Source: Haliotis rufescens (taxonomy: Eukaryota). From it: a stretch of 64,000 nt of DNA. The notes below the pieces were generated by a model. It had not been told where the DNA came from. It saw only the letters and a list, made by a program, of their open reading frames with translations, and did not search any database. Shown here one piece after another: positions 55,733 to 64,000 of the stretch. Within the stretch, counting starts at the first letter, position 1; the number at the start of each line of letters is the position of its first letter. The stretch lies in contig NW_025964001.1 in the NCBI RefSeq assembly GCF_023055435.1, positions 10,044,001 through 10,108,000 on the forward strand. The letters are read 5' to 3'. The translations under genes and the position numbers were made by a program.

Positions 55733-57353
55733 TATTGTAAGGGATGTGAAGGCAATTGGCAAATATATTTCTAAATAATCAATCAACACTTACAAAAAAT
55801 TTACCTGCTATATGGCTAAGATTTCAGCAGACCATTAAATATATCATGGTCTCTAATTTCAATAACAAAGTTTTAACAGCATTATGCGTCATAACATTTG
55901 TACTGTGAAAATGCAAAAGAAAAAATGTTTCAGCAATAATCAAAAGATGTGAAATTGAAAAAAAATGTTAAAATATTATTCCATTAAATACTTTAGAAGT
56001 CTTTACCCTATTTTCCAAATTTTCTTGCCATGTCAACATGGTTCTAATGGATTATAAATACCAAGGCTGGATATAACATAAGCTAATTGTACCAGAGAGA
56101 TAACATGGAGTCTATTCAAGTCAAAGTACCAGAAAGTATGTTCACAACATGTTCTCTTCTCCATAAACTGACATGACAGCTCTCATTCAATAGGTCAGAT
56201 ATATCAAACGTGTCTATTGTTAAGCCTCTACGGGTTTTCTATAGAGGTACATAAGTGTGCAAATCCCGCGATATTTCAATATCAATAGTATCAATAGACC
56301 TCTTTTCAGGGTAATTATGTCCATGAATCTCATAATGTTGTTGGAAAAGTCAACATATACTGACAGGAGTTCGGAATAAAATCATGAAACAGTGATTTGT
56401 AACCTCAGTTCGACCATATCAGTACCAGGCAGGTGCCCGTTTTGTCAAAATGTCACGTTCAGTTTTAAAAAAAGTAAAGAAAATAATTTAACTTACCTTT
56501 TAAAACTCTCACAGTATAATCCTTTACGCTCCCGCGCCAACAAAGACGGGCCGCTGTCAATAGGCCTCTGATAATACCCTCTCACGACCATTCAGTTTAC
56601 ATTGGATACGGCGTGCCTAAAAATCAGGACAAAACCGGTCGTTCTAAGCGCAATATTCTTTAAATGTTGTCGGTTTCTTTGGCACGGTTGATGAAATATA
56701 TCTTTTGTAACTAGTGAGGTTATATTTGAACTAGATTTTAAAATTGTAATTCATCCCTTTTCCTGAAAAGCCCATTGAAATATAATCGGAACATTTTCCC
56801 GGTTACCTATGATCCGATTTGTCGATTTGTTTACATTCTATATACTATATTCTTTGCAACTATCAACAGATACGTGTTTTGTAAGAATACGTCAGTTTGC
56901 TGGAAATCTTGATAAAAAAAACATTATTATGAGGCTAAATTAACAGGACATTTTGTCATTTAATTTACATTGTTCAAGTGTTTTACAGTATTATTAAAAG
57001 TACCAGATAGCTATGTTTGTGTTATTTTTCAAATGTACATATTTGTTATCTATCAAATTTTATTTGACATTCTTTACTGACATCATTTGATACTCTATTC
57101 ATTGGAAGTTTGCGCCTCTTCTATACTTCTCTTTAGCTTTTCTTAGGGCTTCCTCTGTCAATTTAAAGAAATTGTTCAGGTTATAGTCAATGTATCGCAC
57201 TTCAAATGTGAGGCCAGACCAGTATTGTTTCTTGTCTTAGAGATTTTCTTGGTTAACATGGAAAGATGCAGGTGTGAAATAAATATTTGACATTAATTTC
57301 CTTGAATTAACCACTTGTTGAAACATAATTATTTTTTAGTTATAACATAAATA

Positions 57354-57681
57354 CCATATTCGACGTAATAAGCGCCCGGGTCTAATAGGCGCCCTCGGCG
57401 ATATTTGCTAATATATTGAGTAGTGAACAATCCAAATTAGCACCCCATCCGATTGATCAATGTACACAAGACTATATATTCGTGCATAATACGTTTGTTA
57501 TATGCACCCTTAATTATGAGCAATTAAATTCTGGAAAAATATATCTGTCGTATATAAACATTTCAGGCCACGAAATTAACGATCTTTCAACCCTGTTGTT
57601 TTTCACCAAAATAATATTCTAATAAGAGGCCTCTATTTCTAATTTAGAGAGTGCGCTGGGCGCTTATTATGTCGAATACGG
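57354..57681. mobile_element. Tc1/pogo-type MITE (CCGTATTCGACG family)
   Basis: TIRs with TA flanks. Confidence 0.85.
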
Positions 57682-58949
57682 TACAACAAAATCATGGTCC
57701 TGATAAGAATATTTTCAATAAAAAAACCGATGTATCTTTCTTTCTTTCTTACTTTTGATTTTTTCAGCAGACTCCATGAAACAAGAAGCAACACATTGGT
57801 TTGACATATATGTATCTGTTGAATAATATTTATTATTACAGCGTTTACTTATCATTATTTTTATATGGGAAACACAACAAATATTGTCAGTAAGTAACAT
57901 TTATTATTTATCTTATTAGGGTGGTTTCAGTTTTTTTCTGAATTATTTTTAGCATTACTTCAACTCAACGAAAAAAAGCAGGGATACCTGGGATGAAAAA
58001 ACCCTTTCTGTCATTCCTGGTCAGGGAAAATAATTGAAACAACAGCAAATTCAAGGCGTGACTTCATGAAATGACAATGTATGTTGTTCACATACACATC
58101 AGTTTTGTCATATTGATTAATGTTGTTAATCATTCATTAAAAGTTGTTTGATAAATATAAAAAGTGTTGGTGACATGGTAAAAATTATTATCTTATACAA
58201 TGCCAGACCAATTTAATTGATTGTTTTATGAATGTTTTTGTTCTGTATTCCAATTTATAAATGTTATCAGGATTATTTTGAGATTAATTCCCCCAAACAA
58301 ACAATTAAAAAAAGTGTCTAAGAAAACATATTTATTATCATATTTTTTTATTTATCTATTTTTGTTTACTTTACCACATGTGTAGGATGGGCTCATCTGT
58401 TAAAGCAAGATAATAAATCTGCCAGGCCTGATATTTTGTGACATGAAATGAGAAACAGGCTATAACATCTTAAACATCATATGTTTGATAAATCATGACA
58501 ATAATTGAATCTGCCAATATTATCAGTCCAGATTTCAACGAGGTAATTATATCTATTTGACCTAAGATGTTTCTTTCGATTTTATCTGTTGATTTTAAAT
58601 TGACACATTTCATTTTCCCTGTGATGTTCCAGGTTCAGATTATGTTTGTGGAAATAAAAAAAGATTTAACACAAGAATAACATAATTTTGGCCCATTTTG
58701 CCCCTCAAGGAAATAAAGTCCAGTATTTTATCAAAAACATATTTGTGGGAAGATAAGAGGTGTTATCAAAATATGTTATTGAGAAATGTGGTATCAATAT
58801 GTTGTAACGATGTCTCTCATCGATTAAGCAAGCAGTAGTTGTAACGAAAATGGTAGATACTCTTTGAATACGAAGACAGTCCTTACGATTGTTGGATAGC
58901 TTTACTTATCATTAAGTTTATTCGAAACTATGTCTCAAAGTCAACGAAT

Positions 58950-58990
58950 GTCAAGCGCGTCACTTCCGTAAACAGAAATGGCGCTGTAAG
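58950..58990 (+). promoter_or_regulatory. Putative promoter/TSS with ETS (CACTTCCG) and YY1-like (AAATGGCG) motifs
   Basis: gcgcgtcacttccgtaaacagaaatggcg in a CpG-richer patch upstream of the 561-aa ORF. Confidence 0.4.
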
Positions 58991-59508
58991 AAGAAACAGG
59001 CTCCGAAGTATCGATCGATATTTGGTCTAGTATGACTGTGCTCGCCTGTTTCATTGCTTAACTCTCGTCCTAACAGAATTCAGCCAGTTCCCATAAGATT
59101 GAATCATTGATCCTTCTTCGATGGGGGTTTACTGAGCAGCAGACGGTATCTTTCGATTTCTTTGAGGACATGGAAAAGGTTTCGGTGGATGGGAAATACA
59201 CCGTTTAATTGTTTGCCTTTTACAAACGAACGAACCGTGGCGGTTTATTCACCAAGAATATTACTTGGTTATAGTTAGGTGTAAGGATAATTTATCACAT
59301 TTGGAACTGGTGGCCCGATGACATCATGGTTCCTTGAAGTGCAACGGAGGGGAATCCCAATGTGAAGATTCTTTTGGAGCAGTAAGCTGAGTAGGCTTAT
59401 AAGCACACAGGTTTGTCAGTCATGACACTAACGGAACATTCTGTTTAGAACAAAAGACACAGCTGTTTTATTTTAGTTTTATTGTTTCACTGGTACAAAT
59501 GATTTGCT

Positions 59509-61194
59509 ATGCAAAAATCTTCTGAAATTCGACAGTTCCCAAGAGATCATCCAGTTAAGGCCCCTTTGGCTACATTTGACACTATTGACTTGGGTGATGA
59601 GCTTCCGAAGGCTGCTATTTGTTCTTCCTTGAAAATTCAAAGGCCTGAACAGCCACATAGTCTAGCCACTGCTGTAAGTCAAGTTCCTTCTCACAATAGC
59701 ACACAGGCATGTCATCCTTGTGCACAGTCACAGTCAGATAAGTCTAAGCAACAAGTTCAGGCAAAGGAATCTAATTCACTAAGAAATGCCCTTGGTAGAG
59801 ATGGAAATAAGATCAAGAGTGGTGGGCAAGTAGAAAGAGATCAGGTATATTCACCAGGAAGGAATGTTCCCCCAGTGAATTCAGATGCAGTTTATCGTGA
59901 TAGAGAGAATGAAGAAGGGTTTGAAAATTATGTCTATATAAGTCATATTCCATCAAGAGATTTGAAAGAGAAAGCCATTATTGTTGGGACAAGGAAGCCC
60001 GTTGAAGGTCAGAGTATTGAAGTGGGGAGGGTTCAGCCTACTTCCCAACCAGTTACCAAGATTGAGCCTCCTTCAGTACCTAAGTTATCACGGACATCAT
60101 CATTGTCATCTTCAAGTTCTGATTCAGAATCGGATGTACGTTGTGTGAGACCAGTGAAAACAAGGAGACCACTGCAGGTGAGAACAAATATTACCAACAG
60201 CCCTCGTTCAAGCCCTGTTACTCTCTCTCCTGAAATAATTGACCCAACAACAATAACATCACCTTCCAAAAGAAAGGCATATGAGAAACGCCTACAGCGG
60301 TTGCAAGTCAAAACTTCTCCAATTGCCAGACCTAGAAGCACTACACCAATAAATGTGGTTACTCTCGAAGAATATGTTGTACTAAGTTCCCCAGAGAAAT
60401 CTCCTAATTCACCCAGTGTTGCCGAAAAACTGAAAATCACCTTGCCACCAGATGAATTTTGTGTGAAACCCAGAAGTCCTAGAAAGTGTCAGAGGGTGAA
60501 AAGTAGCTCGGAAGAAGATTCCTGTTTTGAATTTAATGAGGAACTTCTATTTAGTCACACTCGATCTGCTTTGTTAATTACCGAAGACGGAAAAGTACCA
60601 GACTCCCCTCGAAGAGTGTTGATTCCACCAACTATTTCCCCTTCCTCGTCCCCAAAACTGGCACCTGCGTCAAAACTAAAGAAAGAATTTGACGGAGTGC
60701 CAGGGACACCTACGCTTGTTTATATCCAGTCCCCTGACCACGAGAACTGGGCAACATTTCCTGATACCATAGACTCAAACCTTGCCGAAAGTGATAACTG
60801 CCAAACTAACCCACTCAGAGCTGGAAACAATAAGGACAATTCTACAGAGAGTGATAGCAGCAAACCTGCCCCCTATGCAAATAAACCTTCAGTTGATCCT
60901 TGTGATATAAACAACGAAGAAGAGGAATTCTTAACTATTAATATTGAAGATACTGGTGCCAGTGGAAAGTGTGGAATAGACATTGTTCTGTCTTCTAGTG
61001 GGAGCAGTAACATACCCAGCCCCTCAACCCCCGAGAAATCCCCCTTAGAAACCCCCCTGCCGAATCAGAATGGGGAGACTGTGAGCTGTTCCGAATCTCT
61101 TCCAATCTCTCGCACCTCCAGTGTCAAAAGCACCAAAGAGGAAGAACTAGTAGAGAAAGTGCTGTCCTCCTCTCCTAGAGAAACATACCTGTAG
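59509..61194 (+). CDS. Ser/Pro-rich uncharacterized protein, 561 aa, possibly the first exon of a longer gene
   Basis: 1.7-kb stop-free frame in AT-rich DNA, many SP/TP sites, WATF motif; gtaagt donor 32 nt after the stop. Confidence 0.75.
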   Translation: MQKSSEIRQFPRDHPVKAPLATFDTIDLGDELPKAAICSSLKIQRPEQPHSLATAVSQVPSHNSTQACHPCAQSQSDKSKQQVQAKESNSLRNALGRDGNKIKSGGQVERDQVYSPGRNVPPVNSDAVYRDRENEEGFENYVYISHIPSRDLKEKAIIVGTRKPVEGQSIEVGRVQPTSQPVTKIEPPSVPKLSRTSSLSSSSSDSESDVRCVRPVKTRRPLQVRTNITNSPRSSPVTLSPEIIDPTTITSPSKRKAYEKRLQRLQVKTSPIARPRSTTPINVVTLEEYVVLSSPEKSPNSPSVAEKLKITLPPDEFCVKPRSPRKCQRVKSSSEEDSCFEFNEELLFSHTRSALLITEDGKVPDSPRRVLIPPTISPSSSPKLAPASKLKKEFDGVPGTPTLVYIQSPDHENWATFPDTIDSNLAESDNCQTNPLRAGNNKDNSTESDSSKPAPYANKPSVDPCDINNEEEEFLTINIEDTGASGKCGIDIVLSSSGSSNIPSPSTPEKSPLETPLPNQNGETVSCSESLPISRTSSVKSTKEEELVEKVLSSSPRETYL

Positions 61195-61766
61195 ACAACC
61201 AAGCCAAAATAGCAGTAGAAATGGTGGTAAGTACATGTAACATTTTTTACACCTTTGATTAATTTCAGGAACAACATTCTTCCATTTTTTATGATGGTGA
61301 AAGGGGAACATTCCTGTGAATTGTGTTTTATGGTTATCATAAGTCCATTTATCATCACCAAAAGTTATCATCTCAAAATAGCCGCAAAACAAGTGACTGT
61401 TTCTGTGCACCTCAGATATTGTACTCTGTGTGTGCTTGCTGATGTCTTTGATTCGGTCCTTCCTGGAAAATGTTTTGCCTTGATCATGTTGGTCACATTG
61501 GAAATATTCTGGGCATGAAGTTTCCTTAAAAGACGTTTTGCAAGAGAAAGTCCTGTTCAACCTTCCAAGTAACGTCCACAAACCTTATTTTTATTTTTGT
61601 GCAGTAGCACTTACTATAATGGCCAAATGGATATCAACAATGTCATCATATTTTCTGGTTTTATATCCTTCCTATTTCACTGGTAGCATAGACATGATAG
61701 AAGTATTTGAGCATATTTGGGTTTATTATTCACTCTGCTTGTGTTTCTTGGTTTGTCAGCACCATT

Positions 61767-62272
61767 CAGAGCTCCAGATAAGCTGCGTTTGTGTGTAAAA
61801 TACGCATCAGAAATGCAGAAATACGCAGTAAAATATAATCCAAGCGTATCCAATACGCAACAAACATTACAGATACACTACAAAAATAAAACTTGTGCAT
61901 ATCATCAAAATATTGTGAAGTAACCCTGTGTATTCGATTAGCGAATCAGCAACTTATTTTGAAATTATAAACGGGCATTCCGACAACCTTGCCAAACTCC
62001 ACGATGACAGTTACATCATGATCATTTGCCATCACACTTTCTTGTGGAAGTATCGTGGTATTTGTGAGTCCTATAAAGCTCTCTAACCCACATGACACCA
62101 GTTTGCAGGGACTAGATGAATAGTGTTGTTAAATATTTAACTTAAATACCCACATGTGTAAAAACTAGTGGGTAACAGAAATTTGAATACCCAGATAGAA
62201 TTACTGATACCCAATGATTTTAAAATGCATGGGTAAAATACCTGTAACACCAAAAACTTATCTGGAGCTCTG
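61767..62272. mobile_element. MITE with perfect 16-bp TIR CAGAGCTCCAGATAAG, nested in a family C SINE
   Basis: 6-bp flanking repeat ACCATT; the host SINE continues on both sides. Confidence 0.8.
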
Positions 62273-62672
62273 ACCATTGTTGTGCTTGTGGGTTTAACCA
62301 AAGTAGTAAATGTCTGAGAGACCTGCATCACCTTTGAACATCAAACTGACACACTGTGATGTCAAAGTGGCATTATGCCCAACTCACTATGACTTTCTTA
62401 CACAGTGTTTTTCCTAGACATGGATATCAGCAACATATCATGCAGCAAGGTGATGACAGTAGTACCAGTTGACCACTGTTTTTCTCAGTTCACTTTTGAT
62501 TTAATCAAGTTTGTTGAACCATAAACAAACATTTCTGGAACTACACCATGGAAATACAGGTATCTTGATTATTGACCATGTTTACTGTCGGATTTGTTTA
62601 TGTGTCTGTTTCCTGTCAAAGTCACTCAAAGGAAGCAGTCATGGGAATGATAACTGATATGAATAATGGATG

Positions 62673-63963
62673 ATTATCCCCCGCCGCGCGAAAGCGCGAA
62701 GCGGGGGATATAGTATTCACGTCCGTCCGTCCGTCCGTCCGTCCGTCCGTACGTCCCACCTGTTTGTTGCCGCGATATCTCAAGAACTAAACACTGGATT
62801 GTCTTCATATTTGGAACTATGGTGTATATACAAACTCCGCAGACACCAGTCGGTTTTGGTGACCTTGATCCCATTTTCAAGGTCACAGCAGACAAATCTG
62901 CTTTTAGAGTTGGAAAACAGTGTTGCCGCGATATCTCAAGAACTAAACACTGGATTGTCTTCATATTTGGAACTATGGTGTATATACAGACTCCGCAGAC
63001 ACCAGTCGGTTTTGGTGACCTTGATCCCATTTTCAAGGTCACAGCAGACAAATCTGCTTTTAGAGTTGGAAAACAGTGTTGCCGCGATATCTCAAGAACT
63101 AAACACTGGATTGTCTTCATATTTGGAACTATGGTGTATATACAGACTCCGCAGACACCAGTCAGTTTTGGTGACCTTGACCCCATTTTCAAGGTCACAG
63201 CAGGCATATCTGCTTTTGGAGTTGGAAAACAGTGTTGCCGCGATATCTCAAGAACTAAACACTGGATTGTCTTCATATTTGGAACTATGGTGTATATACA
63301 GACTCCGCAGACACCAGTCGGTTTTGGTGACCTTGATCCCATTTTCAAGGTCACAGCAGACAAATCTGCTTTTAGAGTTGGAAAACGGTGTTGCCGCGAT
63401 ATCTCAAGAACTAAACACTGGATTGTCTTCATATTTGGAACTATAGTGTATATACAGACTCCGCAGACACCAGTCGGTTTTGGTGACCTTGATCCAATTT
63501 TCAAGGTCACAGCAGGCAAATCTGCTTTTAGAGTTGGAAAACAGTGTTGCCGCGATATCTCAAGAACTAAACCTCTCGATTGTCTTCATATTTGGAACTA
63601 TGGTGTATATACAGACACCGCAGACACCAGTCGGTTTTGGTGACCTTGACCCCATTTTCAAGGTCACAGCAGGCAAATCTGCTTTTGGAGTTAGAAAACG
63701 GTGTTGCCGCGATATCTCAAGAACTAATCGCTGGATTGTCTTCATATTTGGAACTATAGTGTATATACAGACACCGCATACACCTATCAGATTTGGTGAC
63801 CTTGACCCCATTTTCAAGGTCACAGCAGGCAAATCTGTTTTTGGAGTTGGAAAACGGTGTTGCCACAATATCTCAAGAACTAATCGCTGGATTGTCTTCA
63901 TATTTGGTACTATGGTGTATATGGCGGGGGATATTTCGTCACTCTGTGACAAATGCTTGTTTT
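62673..63963 (+). mobile_element. Non-autonomous Helentron-type element (HINE/DINE-1/pearl-like) carrying a tandem array
   Basis: subTIR TATCCCCCGCC / GGCGGGGGATA, 5' hairpin, (GTCC)n, central array, 3' stem-loop GTCAC-TCT-GTGAC, T-rich end. Confidence 0.85.
62766..63921. repeat. 156-bp tandem repeat, about 7.4 copies
   Basis: gttgccgcgatatctcaagaac recurs every 156 bp (62766, 62922, 63078, ...). Confidence 0.95.
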
Positions 63964-64000
63964 ATATCAAGTGAAGAACAGCTCTCAAGGAGCGCAGGAA

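Noticed and set aside
60033-60440. Antisense ORFs overlapping real CDSs (also 47419-47769, 28686-29030, 4847-5074)
   Set aside because: Shadow frames of coding sequence with no independent support.
62670-63974. Several 130-281 aa repetitive ORFs on both strands
   Set aside because: By-product of a 156-bp (52-codon) tandem repeat inside a non-autonomous element.

Overview
AT-rich, intron-rich eukaryotic DNA. The repeat repertoire (tRNA-SINEs with (CACT)n tails, MITEs, a Helentron-type satellite carrier) looks molluscan, probably a gastropod such as abalone; the taxon is my inference. The main result is not visible in the ORF track. Manual splicing assembles a 14-exon + strand gene (CDS 4830-22435, about 669 aa) with an N-terminal bHLH domain and a C-terminal HMG box. 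This is the architecture of the vertebrate meiotic initiator MEIOSIN/BHMG1. The model includes a probable 12-nt microexon, a GC-AG intron and a tandemly duplicated donor site inside the HMG box. Its introns carry a deleted Gypsy LTR element (206-bp LTRs, ATAGA TSD), a Penelope-like GIY-YIG fragment with a hammerhead-like motif, and Tc1 and hAT relics. Other genes: a basic coiled-coil protein (28305-28892, -), an acidic ankyrin/SOCS-box protein (32757-34574, +), a 4-exon coiled-coil plus death-domain protein (42041-47921, -) and a 561-aa Ser/Pro-rich ORF (59509-61194, +) with an odd 3' end. The rest is dispersed SINEs, MITEs, Tc1/mariner relics and a Helentron-type element with a 156-bp tandem array. 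All gene models were derived by eye from splice signals and reading-frame phase; no database search was run.
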